Source: Hemiscyllium ocellatum
Lineage: Eukaryota
Direction: 5' to 3'
NCBI RefSeq assembly: GCF_020745735.1
Contig: NC_083410.1
Span: 4,128,117 to 4,192,116 of the forward strand
Length of the DNA stretch: 64,000 nucleotides
A model generated the notes under the pieces. It was not told where the DNA came from. It ran no database searches and saw only the letters and a program-made list of their open reading frames with translations. Positions 36,091 through 49,061 of the stretch are shown in pieces; position 1 is the first letter of the stretch, and each line of letters opens with the position of its first letter. Position numbers and translations under genes: made by a program.

Positions 36091-37246
36091 ATCTTATTAA
36101 AATATCCAGTCTCATGATCATTATAGACACTGCTCTCCTCAGATCCTGACCCTCAAGCCTCAAAATTCTTTCACTGCCATGTACACAGAACCCTTGAGTA
36201 TTCATTGGCACTGGTAATCACCTGACTACTAACTGACCTGTGCCGGACTGTGCCCAGAGGCTGCTCAGAGACCCTGGGTCCAGCTTTTCACACACACACA
36301 CACACACACACTTGTTTTGAAGGTGTAGCGATACTGTATCCATAAGAGAGTTGAAAAGCTAGCAAGGTCTGCCTGACAGAGCACCAAGTGTTCTGAACAA
36401 GGTAACAATTTAACACATGGTCAGCACAAATAGCAGGAGCTGGGCTGCCATGAGACAAAATCAAATTCAAATTCGAACAATTAGTTTAAATTATGTCCCA
36501 AGATACCAAACTCCAATCAGGTTTGAATTTAGTATTTTGATAATATTAAAACCAATGAAATGATCTGATGGTTTGGGTATAAAACTGGATATTTTGAACA
36601 GTTAGAGTGAACTGCCAAAAGACCAAGAGATGTAGGCAGCTAGTTTAAGAACTGAGACATACTTGTGTGGGGAAGGTGTTTGCACTGCAAAACATTGAAA
36701 CCGACCTGGACAGAGAATCTACAGAGGAAAATCTACAGGGGTAACTCAACAAAGCTGACTGGTTTTAAAACCTGATTATTGTTTTGTAAATTTTTTATTG
36801 GACAATTATTGTCGAGTGGGAGGTAAAACCGACCTGATATCGACAAGTATTAGAGAGTGGGAAGCAAAAGATAGGTTTAAGAGAAAGAGGTTGTAAATAT
36901 TTGTTCGTTTTAATATTCTATGTTGGACTTAAAAGGTAATGTTATTAATTTTTACTTCAAATACTTACCTCTGTGATAGTTCTTTGCCTCTCGAATTTTA
37001 ACAGATTACAGCACGGGGTGAATCCTTTCAGCATTGTTGGTTTAAGTTGGCAGAGAGGTTTACATTGTGTCCTAACACACTTCATACTCCTGCTCCCAGG
37101 TACCTTGTCCAAATCAATCATAGAATCATTGAGTCATAAGGTCCTACAGCTCGGAGACAGTTCCTTCGGCCCAAACTGGTCCATGCCAACCAAAATATCC
37201 ATGCATGCTTATATACTTCGAAAGATCCCCCCTCAGTCTCCTATGC
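35374..37246. repeat. ~430-bp inverted duplication (arms 35374-35803 and 36817-37246)
   Basis: Arms are reverse complements. Track ORFs 35339..35647(-) and 36973..37251(+) are nearly identical. Confidence 0.9.
36313..37077. mobile_element. Solo LTR with 4-bp TSD CACT
   Basis: TG...CA termini, CACT at 36309-36312 and 37078-37081. Same family as 47967-48592. Confidence 0.85.
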
Positions 37247-37249
37247 TCT

Positions 37250-39680
37250 AAAGAAAAATCTTCTCACCTTATAAATCAGTCCCTTGAGCCCTGGCAACTT
37301 CCTTGTAAATTTTTTCTGCACTCTTTCTAGTTTAATAACATCCTTCCGAGAGCAAGGTGACCAAAATTGAACATAATACTCCAAGTGAGGCCTCACCAAT
37401 GTCCTGGATAACTGCAACATAACTTCTCAACTTATCTACTCAATGCCCTGACTGATGAAGGCCAGTGTGCCAACAGCCTTGTTCACTTCCCTGTCTAGGT
37501 GTGATTCCACTTTCAGAGGACTGTGTACCTGAACTGTCATCTGCAACTTACTAAACATGCCATGTACATTCTCATCCAAATCATTGAGGTAGATAACAAG
37601 CAATAATGGGCCTAGACCGACCCCTGAGGCACTCCACTCGTCACAGGTCTCCAATCCAACAAGCATCCTTCCACTATTACAGTCTCCTTCCCACCATTAA
37701 ACCAATTGTGTATCCAATTTGCCATATCCCCCTAGTCTATCTTTTGGAACATTATCGAAGGCTTTACTGAAATCTATATGGATTACATCTATTGCCCTGC
37801 CTGCATCAACCTTCCTGGTCACTTCATCAAAGAACTCTAACATTTTGTGAGGTTTGATCTCGCACTCACAAGTCCATGTTGACTACTCTAAATCAAACCC
37901 TGTCTTTCTAGATATATATATACACCTTATCCATCGGAATCTTCTCAAGTAACTTGTTTACCATAGATGTTAGGCTTAACTGGTCAATAGTTCCCAGATT
38001 TTTCTTTGCAGCCCTTCTTGAACAAGGACACAACACTTGCTATCCTCCAGTCTTCCGGAACCTCACCCGTGGTAAGCAATGATGCAAATACTGTATATCA
38101 GCAACGGCCCCAATCCTGCCATCCGTCTCACACACTCCCTTTTCCCAAAGTCAGGAAAGGGCTGGCAGAATGTTTATCCCAAATAATTATCTTCATTAGC
38201 CTGATTCTCAACACTTCTCTTTCTAACATTTATCCCTGGAGCATGGTCCTTTTCATTGGTGTCACTTCACACTCCATTCTCCCCCAACTCTCCATGATAT
38301 TATTCATATCGCTTTCAATCCCCGGATCACTTCCACGTTTCCCTTTCATTTTCTCCCACTATTCTCACAAATAATTCCCCATCACATGCCCCCACCCCCC
38401 CCATCCCCAACACCCACATAGCTCCCTCCGTGGTCTCATAAATGTAGACTCACTTCTGGGAAGTGGCTTGACTGGACGAAAGCTCGTAGCTTCACCCACA
38501 AATATAAAATGTCCAAAAGAGTTTAAAGGATGTACTGGGATGGGAGGGGGTGCAGAGCAGGTTCACTACATTGATCCTGGAATTGAGGGGGGTGGCTTAT
38601 GAGGAGAGACTGAGTAGACTGGGATTATGTACATTGGAATTCAGATGAATGAGGGGGGAATCTTATTGAAACATAAGATTATGAAGGCAAGTGATAGAAT
38701 AGAAATAGAGAGAATGTTTCCATTGGTGGGTGAAACTAAGAAAAGTGGGCATACCCACAAAATAATGGGGAACAGATTTAGGACGGAATCGAGGAGGAAA
38801 TTCTTTACCCAGAGCGTTGTGAATCTGTGGAATTCCCTGCCCAGTGTAGTAGTTGAGGTTTCCTCATTGAATGTTTTTAAAGCTAAGATCGATAGATTTT
38901 TGAACAGTAATGGAATTAAGGGTTATGGTAAGGGGACAGGCAAGTGGAGCGGAGACCATGAAATAATCAACAATGATCATATTGAATGGCAGAGCAGGCT
39001 CAAAGGGCCAGATGGCCTACTCCTGCTCCTGGTTCTCATGTTCAAGAAACAGAACACCTTCAGGAACAGGTTTCTTGGATCTATCCATCATGTGTGGGAA
39101 CCTGAGCAATAGATAAAGAAAATCCATCAGTAAAGGTTGATGTGACACTACAAACAAATGAAAGGGGAGCTAAAACTCTCCTGGAAGTTGAAGATAATTC
39201 AGAGGGAGGATTTGTGATGACGTCTCTCACTGAGGAACAAAACGCAGACCTTTAATGGAGTAAATTCACAGCCAGCTCATACTGAGGAAGGATCTGCATG
39301 GTTGATTGGTTCATAAAGTGACATCACATGGGATCTGGGGGAGCTTGTAAATTGTTACAAACTTGTCTGGAAAGGAGGAGACAGAGGGTGGTGGTGGAGG
39401 CCTGTGCCTAGCAATGTTCTACAAGAATTGGTGCTGGATCCACTTTTCATCATTTATATAAATGATTTGAATGTGAATGTAGGAGGTATGGTTGGTAGGT
39501 TTGCAGATGACACCAAAATAGATGTCATAGTAAACAGTGAAGATCATTATCTTAGAATCTTGATCAGATGGGCCAGTGGTGCAAGGGTTTCTTAATTGGA
39601 GTTCATTTCAGATAAATGTGAGGCATTGCACATTGGTAAGGCAAACCAGGGCAGTACCTATACACTTAATGGTAGGTGCT
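37250..39680. mobile_element. CR1 fragments in both orientations
   Basis: RT-region remnants (LNDLDENVHGMFSK; INDLNVNVGGMVGRFADDTKI) and a CR1 C-terminus (track ORF 38627..39112). Confidence 0.75.
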
Positions 39681-40024
39681 AAAAATGTGTTGTTGGAAAA
39701 GCAGGTCAGGCAGCATCCAAAGAGCAGGAGAATCGATGTTTCGGGCATGAGCCCATCTTCAGGAATGAGGAAAGTGCGTCCAGCAGGCTAAGATAAAAGG
39801 TAGGGAGGAGGGACTTAGGGGAGGGGGTTGGAAATGCGATAGGTGGAAGGAGGTCAAGATGAGGGTGATAGGCCAGAGTGGGGGTGGGGGCGGAGAGGTC
39901 AGGAAGAAGATTGCAGGTTAGGAAGGTGGTGCTGAGTTCGAGGGATTTGACTGAGACAAGATGGGGGGGAGGGGAAATGAGTAAACTGGAGAAACTACTG
40001 TGAATCCACTAAATGGTAGGACCC

Positions 40025-41600
40025 TGTGTGGTGGTTGCAATGAGGTCAGCCAGGTAGACCTTATAGAATGTGAGTTCCCTGATTGGGGCTGTTAATCTGG
40101 TCCAATCAGGAGGCCCTGGCTGACAGATGGAAACAGGAACAACTGTTTGATCATGCAATATTGCCTTTTGATGTGAAGGGCACTGCTTGTCATTGGCCAC
40201 TTAGATGTTTCCTTTCTTCCTGGTGGTAGAAACTGAATAAAGATTCGTGCACCTTGTGTCTTTCACTGTGTCTCACACCTGCACACAGACACAGCATGGG
40301 TGCTGGGGAAAAATAAACACAACCACAATTAGGCGGTAGTGTGGGGGTAAAACAGAAAAAAATAAAAAATAAAAAAATAAACAGGAGTGTCAGAGGTTCT
40401 GTTCACTCTGAGGGTTGGTTCTGAGGGAGCTGGATCAGTGTCACGTACTAAACATGTGTAAATAAAGGGGCACTTGGTGACAGAAAACTATCCAGAAGGC
40501 CAAGTGGTAAATGTGATCCCTTGAGCCACCTCCTGCTGGCAGATTAATCCACCGGTGATGCTGTCATTGGAAGAGTCTGTTCTAATTATAAACGTTCTGG
40601 ATATCCTTCTGGTCACCGCTGACCAGAGCTGACTGTGGACACGAAAAGATCCGATCCTGGTGAAACTAAACAGCTGGTGTTGTTGGGGGAAGTTAAAGGG
40701 TCATCACAACCTGAACTGAAATCTTTCCGGACCGGCTGAGTCCTGATTACCGTAGAGGATGGCAGATTACTGTCGGGAGCAGGAGTGATTGCACTGAGCA
40801 AAGGTCACCGCCAGATACTGGCTGAACTCACCAGGGCCATCCAGGGGTGTCCAAAATGGAAATGTGGTGGAAGGTAATGTCTGGTGGCCAGGATTGGATG
40901 GAGACACAGCCGCATTAGTGAGCAGTGCCCAGAGTGCCAGCATGGACAAATATTCCCGCGAGCAGCTCCCTCATATTCATGGGATTGGCTGGGTGAACCC
41001 TGGTCCTAGTTCCACATCGACTATGTCAATCCTTTCACAGGATCTGTATTTTCAGTCAGTGTGGACACCACTCAAAATGATTGGACATGCATCGGCCACA
41101 ATTGTCAAACGTGGGGCCAATGGTAAAAAGGTTGTGAGTATCTGGTGAAATACATGGTCTCCCTAAGGTGCTGATCAGAGATAATGATCCATCATTTACT
41201 AGCAGAGGATTAAGGTATTTCCTAAAGTCAAATGGCACATGGCATGCATGGACAGCTCCATGTCCCATCATCTAATTCTCTGACAGAAAGAGCAGTCCAA
41301 ACTTTGAAGCCAGGCTTAAAGAAACAGCTGTCAACTTATACTTGATACCAAACGGTCCTGGGCTCCTATTTAATTTTCAGACTATCCTTCCTGCACTGAC
41401 AGGGATGGCTCCAGCAGAGATGTTGAAGGAAAGAAGACTTCGTAACAGGTTAAACCTGATATTCCCAGACCTGGGAGGGAGGGTGAAATAACATCAGAAA
41501 CACCAATGTTGGACTCAAAACTCCACTCAGCGAGAACGAGAGTTTACTTCAGGGAACAAGGACTGGGTACTAGGACCACAGAAATGGCCCTGGGTAAAAC
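40025..41600 (+). mobile_element. Degenerate Gypsy element (LTR pieces, RNase H/integrase remnants)
   Basis: NVWWPGLD, HGLPKVLIRDNDPSFTSR and ERAVQTLK integrase motifs. Confidence 0.75.
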
Positions 41601-44600
41601 ATAGAACATAATACATAGACCATTGAACAGTACAGCACAGGAATGACCCCTTCAGCCCACAATGTTGTGTCAAAAATGACATTAAATGAAACAAATTCCT
41701 TCTACTTGTCCTTTGTCAATATTCCTCCGTGTGTGGTATATTCATGTACTTATCTAAAAATCTCTTAAACACCTTATTGGATCTGCTTCTACCTCCACCC
41801 CTGGCAGTATGTTCCACACTCCTACCAGTCTCTGTGTGAAAAACCAACCCCTCACATCTCCTTTGAACATTACCCGTCTCACATTAAATGCACACTCCCT
41901 AGTTTTAGAGATTTAAATTCTGGAATAAAGATTCTGATTGTCAACACTATCAATCCATCCCATGATCTTATACAATATCTATCAAGTTTCACTTCAGCCA
42001 TCACTGCTCCACAGAAAACATTCCAAGTTTTCTGAGTTTCTCCTTATAGCTCATACCATCTAATTCAAGCAGCATCCTGGTAAACCCCTTCTGCACCTTC
42101 TCCAAATCCTCCATATCCTTCCTGGAATGGGGCAACTAGAATTGCACATAATACGCTAAGTGTGGCCAAATCAAATTTTTATAAAGCTGGAACATGACAT
42201 TCTGACTTTTGTATTTCATTCTCTGACCAATAAAGGTAAGCATTACATATACCTTCCTTACCACCCTCTACTTGCATAATGCCTTTCAGGGAGCTATGGA
42301 ATTAAACCCCAAGATCCCTCTGTACATCAGTGCTGTTCAGGGTTCTGCCATTAACTATATCTTTTCTGAACATTTGATCTCCCAACGTATAACACCTTAT
42401 ATTTATATAAATTAAACTCCATCTGCCATTTGTCTGCCTTTTTCTGCAACTGATCTATAACCCGTGGTATCTTTTGACAATCGTTTATACTGTCTACAAC
42501 TCCAAAGGTCTTTGTATCATCTGCAAACTTACTAAACTTCCCATCGACATTTTCATCCCAGTCATTTATGAATATTATAAAGAGCAGAGGTCCCAGGATG
42601 GATCCCTGCAGAACACCACTGGTCATGGACCTCCAACCGGAAAAACAACCTTCTCCCATGACACTCTGCCTTCTATGGGCTAGCCAATTCTGAACCCACA
42701 CAGCCAAGTCACTGTGGATTCCATGCAATTTAATCTTCTGGATGAGCTTACCATGAGGGACTTTGTTAAAAGCCTTACTACAATCCACTTACTCAACGTC
42801 CACTGCTCTACCCTCATCGATCACCTTCATCACCTCCTGAAAAATTCAGTCAAGTTAGTAAGGTATGATCTGCTCTGCACAAAGCCATACTGACTGTCCG
42901 TAACTGGGTCATGTTTTTCCAAATGTGCTTGAATTAAATCCTCTCCAATATCTTCCCAACCACCGATGTAGGACTCACTGGTCTGTAGTTTCCTGGATTA
43001 TTCCTATTTCCATTCTTGAATAGAGGAACAACATTAGCTACTCACCAGTCCTCTGGGACCTCTCCAGTGGCTAGCAATGATACAAAAATCTTGGTGAAGG
43101 TCCCAGCAATCTCCTCCCTTGTTTCTCTCAGTTACTTGGTATAAATAACATCGGGCCCTGCAGATCTATGCACTTTAATGCTCATGAAGAGATCCAGCAT
43201 TTCTTTCTTGATCTCAAAGTGCTGTGGCAACGGGCAGTATGATGGCTTAGTGACTGTCTTTGTTGCCTCACAGCCTCAGGGACCCAGGTTTGATTCCAGC
43301 CTCGGGGAACTGTCTGTGTGGAGTTTGCATATTCTCCCTGTGTCTGTGTGGGTTTCTTTGACGTGTCTCAATTTCCTTCCTCTCTCTCTCTCTTTCCTTC
43401 AACTTTAACCTGTAAGCATATGTTCCATTTATACTGGGTTTTAAAGGGAGTTTGCTTATTGGGACTGTTGTGTATATTCAGGACAGCATAACTGAGCCTA
43501 GTTTGGATAGACTGAGTTCTGTAGGGGTTCTCTATTCTGTTCTTTGTGTTTCATTGTGTAATTTTGTGAATAAAGTTTTGTCCGTTTTAAATACCAGTCA
43601 TGAACCAAACTAACTTACTCGGGGTAATTTTCACTGTGCACTTACTGAAACAAATTGCAAAGTTATGGTCTGGGACTGCCTGCTTAAGAATGTTTTGATT
43701 GGTCTGTCCTAGTTAATGGCAATGGGAAATGCAGAATAATAGGATGAGGTGGGTCTGAGTGGGTCACTCTTCAGAGTTAACGTGGACTTAATGGTCTGAA
43801 TGGCCTGCTTCCACAATGAAGACATTTTGCATATCAGCATATTAGTACATTTCACACAGATCTCCCTATCTTCCATATCTTTCTCCTGGGTGGATGCTGA
43901 GGAAATGTACCCATTTAGAATCTCAGGATCATTGCATGGGTAAGAGGCATGGTTGATGCAATGTCAGGTTTTTAAAAAAATTTTATTCATTGTGTGAGGT
44001 GATCATCGCTGGCTGTGCCCAGCATTTATTGCTTGTCCGTAATTGCCCTTGAGAAGGTGGAGGTGAGCCGCCTTCTTCAGTCCACCTTCTGTGGGTTGAC
44101 TCACAATGTCATTTGGGGGGTATTTCCAACGTTTTGACCCAATGACATAAAGGAATGGTGATAAATTTCCAATTCAGAATGGTGAGTGTCTTGGAGGGGA
44201 ACCTGAAGATGGTGATGCTCTCATACATCTACTACCAATGTCCTCCTAGATGAAAATAGTCACGGGTTTGGAAGATGGTGAGTTCCTGCAGTACATCTTT
44301 TGGATAGTACACACTGCTGCTACTGATCACTGGTGGTGGAGGGAGTGGGTGTAGTGCCAATCAAGGGGGCTGGTATATCCTGGATGGTGTCAAGTTTCTT
44401 GAGTGTTGTTGGGATTGCACTCATTCAGTGGAAAGTATCCCATCACCCTCCTGACTTGTATCTTGTGGTTGGTGGACAGACGTTGAGGAGTCAAGAGGTG
44501 GGTTACTCGCCACAGTACTCGGAGCTTCAGACCCGATCTTGTAGCCACTGAGTTTATGTGGTAAATCCAGATGAGTTTCTGGTCAATGATAATTCCCAGG

Positions 44601-47030
44601 ATATTGATAATGGGGGATTTAGTAATGGTAACGTTGTTGAATGCAAAGGGGGTAGTGGTTAGCTTGTCTCCTATTTGTGATGGTCACTTTTGTGATGCAA
44701 ATGTTACTTGCTACGTTTCAGCCCACGCTTGGATATTGTCCAGATCTTGTTGCAATTTAACATGGACAGCTTCAGTATCTGAGCAGTTCCAAAAAGTGCT
44801 GAATATTGTACAATCATCGGCAAACATCCCCACTTCTAAATTTAAGATGGAGGAAAGGTCATTGATGAAGCAGCTGAAGATGTTTGGGCCAAGAACACTA
44901 CCCTGAGGAACTCCTGCAGAGATGCCCTGGAGCTGAGCTGACTGACCTCTAATAACCGCGACCATCTTCCTTTGTGTATGACTCCAACTAGCAGAGAGTT
45001 TGCCCCCAGAAATTCATTGATTCTAGTTTTGCTGAGGATCTTTGATGCCACACTTGATCAACTGCAGCTTTGATGTCAAGGGCTATCACTTCCACCCCAC
45101 TTCTGGAAGTCAGCTCTTTTGTCCATGTGTGAAACAAAACTTTAATGGGGTCAGGAGCTGAGTGGCCCTGGCAGAACCCAAACTGGGCATCACTGAGCAG
45201 GTGCTGCTTGATAGCCCTGTTGATGAAGCCCTCCAACTTTACTGATGATCGAGAGTAAACTGATGGGGCAGTAATTGGCCAGGTTGGATTTGTCCTGCTT
45301 TTTATAAACAGGCAATATGTGGACAATTTTCCACATTGTTGGGTAGGTGCCAGTGTTGTAATCTTAATGGAACAGCTGGGTGAGGGGAGCAGCAAGTTCT
45401 GGAGCACATGTCTTCAGTACTATTGCTGGAATGTTGTCAGGGCCCATATCCTTTGCAATATCCAGTATTTCCAACCATTTCTTGATATCACGTGAAGTGA
45501 ATCGAATTGGCTGAAGTTTGGCTGGGGACAGCTGGAGGAGTCCGAGCTGGATCATGCACTCGGCACTTCTGACTACAAAAGCTTCTGCCTTATCTTTTGC
45601 ACTGATGTGTTGGTTTTTCCATCATTGAGGATGGGGATTTTTGTGGAAGTTCCTCCTCCTCCAGTGAGTTACTTAATTGTCGAGCACCATTGTCACGTGG
45701 ATGTGGCAGGACTGCAAAGCTTCGATCTGACCTATTGGCTGTGGGATTGCTTCGCTCTGTCTCTCGCTTGCTGTTTATACTGCGAAGAGCAGCACCTTTT
45801 TTTCCGCTTGGGAACTCCACAGCCACCTGGACTCAATATCGAGCTTAACAATTTTAGTGTTTGAGGTAGCTTTCTCCATGCTTATGCCTTCCCTCACACA
45901 CCAGGCCTTGTCATTGTATGGGTTGCTACCATCCACATTACCCATTGTCGGTCACTAATTGTCCCGTCAGTGGCTGCTCATTCCCCAAGACTGACCTTTA
46001 ACTACTTCTTTGTCTGTCCAACAAACTTTTTTTCTCTGACTGGGTTCTATCTGCACCTATTATTTACTCTTGCCCTTCTCCCACCATATCTTGTGTATAA
46101 AAAACATCCTTTTCCAAGCTGTCATTAGTTCTGAAAAATGGTGATAGAGTCATGGAGATGTACATTTGCCAGGACTTGGCTCATTTGCCTCCAAACCCTT
46201 CCAATTCATACACCCATTCAGATGCCTTTTAAATGCTGTAATTGTACCAGTCTCCACCACTTCCTCTGGCAGCTCTTTGCATAAAAAAGTTGCCCCTTAT
46301 ATCACTTTTATATCTTTCCCTTCTCTCCCTCAAACTATACCCTCTAGTTTTGGACTCTCTGTTCCCTGAGAAAAAAAAATGTTTTTATTCTATCCATGAC
46401 CCTCATGATTTTATAAACCTCTATAAGGTCACCCCTCAGCCTCCGATACTGCAGAGAAAACACCCCTAGCCTATCTAGCCTCTCCCTGTAGCTCAACCCT
46501 CCAACCTGGCAACATCCTTGTAAATCTTTTCTGAAACCTTTCAAGTTTCATAAAGTCCTTCTGACAGGAAAGAGACCAGAATTGCACACAACATTCCAAA
46601 AGTGACCTATCCAATGACCTGTACAGCCACAACATGACCTCCCAACTCCTATACGCAATGCTTTGACAAATAAAGGAAAGCATACCAAATGCCTTCTTCA
46701 CTATCCTATCCACTAGCAATTCTAATTTCAAGGAACTATGAACCTGTACCACAAAATCTCTTTGTTCAGCAACACTCCCTAGGACCTTACCATTAAGTGT
46801 ACAAGTCCTGCTTTGATTTGCTTTTCCAAAATGCAATACCTTGCATTTATTTAAATTAAACTCCATCTGCCACTCCTCAGCCCATTGGCCCATCTGATCA
46901 AGATCTCATTGTACTTCTTCGCTGTCCACTACACCTCCAGTTTTGGTGTCATTTGCAAACTTAATAACTATACCTCCTATGTTCGCATCCAAATAATTTA
47001 TATAAATGCACACGAAATATGAATTCTGAT
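41600..47030 (-). mobile_element. Cluster of mostly minus-strand CR1/CR1-like LINE fragments with interspersed SINE and PLE pieces
   Basis: MDCSKAFNKVPHG...GVLQGSILGP...KFADDTK (42351..42788), GVPQGSVLGP...MFADD (44711..44965) and WQMEFNLNKCKV (46471..46893). Confidence 0.8.
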
Positions 47031-47966
47031 TTCTCTTTTCACTGATGCTGCCAGACCTGCTGAGATTTTCCCGCGACATACTAAGTTCGGGTCATTGAGG
47101 CAGTCCTGAACAAGCAAGTGGACCACATGAAAGCAGCAAATTCGCAAACAGTGTGTGAGCAAAACATACTCAGCCCCTCAGAACATCAGGTACAGCATCC
47201 AGAACCTATGGGTTCCCCGCTCCTACTATTGAAGAAAGCTTGGACTCCGAGATGGACACAGTAGATTTTGCAGCCTTGATGACGTTACTTTCTGAAGAAG
47301 AGGATGAATTTCCTCTGAGACAGTCCAGACACATGAGGTGGGCTGTGCTCTGGTATCTACTGCTGGTATCCAAGTCTGAATCAGAGGAAACAGACCTGAA
47401 AACATCCCAGAAGATGCTACAAGAGAAAGAACATGCCTACGTTCCTGGACATAGAAGGGAAAGGATGTCGTGATTATGACAAGATCAGCCAGGTGTACAT
47501 TTCAGAATATGACATGGAGTACAGGAGTTGGGATGTCATGTTATGGCAGTACAATACATTGGTGAGGCCACTTTTAGAATACTGCATTAAATTTTGATTA
47601 TCCTTCTATATGAAGGATGGTGTTAAACTTGAGAAGTTGTGGAAAAGATTTATGAGGATGTAGCTGGGATGAAAGGGTTTGAGCTAAGAGAGAGGATGAA
47701 TAGGCTGGGGTTGTTTTCCTTAGAGAGTTGGAGATTGACAGGTGATTGTATGGAGCTTTATAAAATCATGAGGATAATGTATAGGGTGAATAGCTAAGAT
47801 CTTTTTAATAGGGTGTTCAAAACTGGAGGGAATAGATTTAAAGTGAGAGGGAAAAGATTTTCAACAAGGCCCTGAAAGGTGACTTTTCCATGCAGATGGT
47901 GGTGTGCATATGGAATGAGCTGTCAGAAGAATTGGTGGAGGTGGGTACAATTACAACATTTAAAAG

Positions 47967-48592
47967 TGTTATGAAGGTGTAAAGGTTCTATACCTTCAAG
48001 AGAGTTGAAAAGCTAGCAAGGACAAAACACTGAGATCCGGAACAAGTTAACAATGTAATACTTGATTGAGACAGCTCGCAGCATCTGGGTTGCCATGAAA
48101 CAAAATAAAAAAATTCAAATTTAGCCAATCAGTTTAAATTATGCCCCAAGATATCATATTCCAATCATTGGATTTTGTATTTTGATAAGATTAAAACCAA
48201 TAAAATGATCTGATGTTTTGGGGTATAAAACTGGACATTTTGAACAGTTAGAGAGAGAACTGCCAAAAGACAAGTAAATGGAGGCTACTAGATCAAGAGC
48301 TCTCTGAAAGGTTCCTGGAGTTTGTGCAGCAGAACATCAAAACCCACCTGATTTTGACCAGTATTGGAGAGTGGGAAGTAGAAGATAGGTTTAAGAGAAA
48401 GTGATTGCAAATAGTTGTTGCTTTTAATATTCTCTGTTGGACTTAAAAAGAATAAAGGTTTTAATTTTTACTTTAAATAGTGACCTCTGGGATAGTTCTT
48501 TCCCTCAAAAATGCAAACAGATTACAGCACAGGGTGAATCTTTTCAGTATTGCTGTTTAAATTAGCAGAGAGGTTTACCCTCTGTCATAACA
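47967..48592. mobile_element. Solo LTR with 8-bp terminal inverted repeats and 4-bp TSD AAAG, inserted in CR1
   Basis: TGTTATGA...TCATAACA, with AAAG at 47963-47966 and 48593-48596. Confidence 0.88.
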
Positions 48593-49061
48593 AAAGGAAT
48601 CTGGATTAGTATATGAATAGGATGCATTTAAAGGTTTATGGGAAAAATGCTGGCAAATGGGACAAGGTTGGATTGAGATGTCTGGTCAGCATAGATGAAT
48701 TGGACCAAACTGTGTTTCTAGGTTGGATGACTCTACCTCTATTTCTCAATCTAAAAACAGGGGGTTGGTTCAGTGGGTGATTTTAACATCTGTAGCTTTG
48801 ATGTGGATTCACCTTAGTGAAAGGGACTTTGATCGGACTGAATTTGTTCAGTGCAAACAGGAGGGTTTCTTGAAACAATGTTGACAGTCCAACGTGTAAA
48901 GAAGCTGTGCTGGATTTTGGACTGGTCATGTGATTGAAACTGTAGGGTTTAGGAAACTGTAATCAGGTAAGGCCCTTGAGGAATATAAAGGAAGCAAGAA
49001 ATAACTTAAATGTGGAATAAAGTAGGGCCCAAAGTGACCATGAAATGCCCGTGGCACTCGA

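Noticed and set aside
47240-47473. Unique-looking acidic ORF
   Set aside because: Contains a PLRQSR motif typical of Gypsy post-integrase tails, has no splice context and is flanked by repeats.
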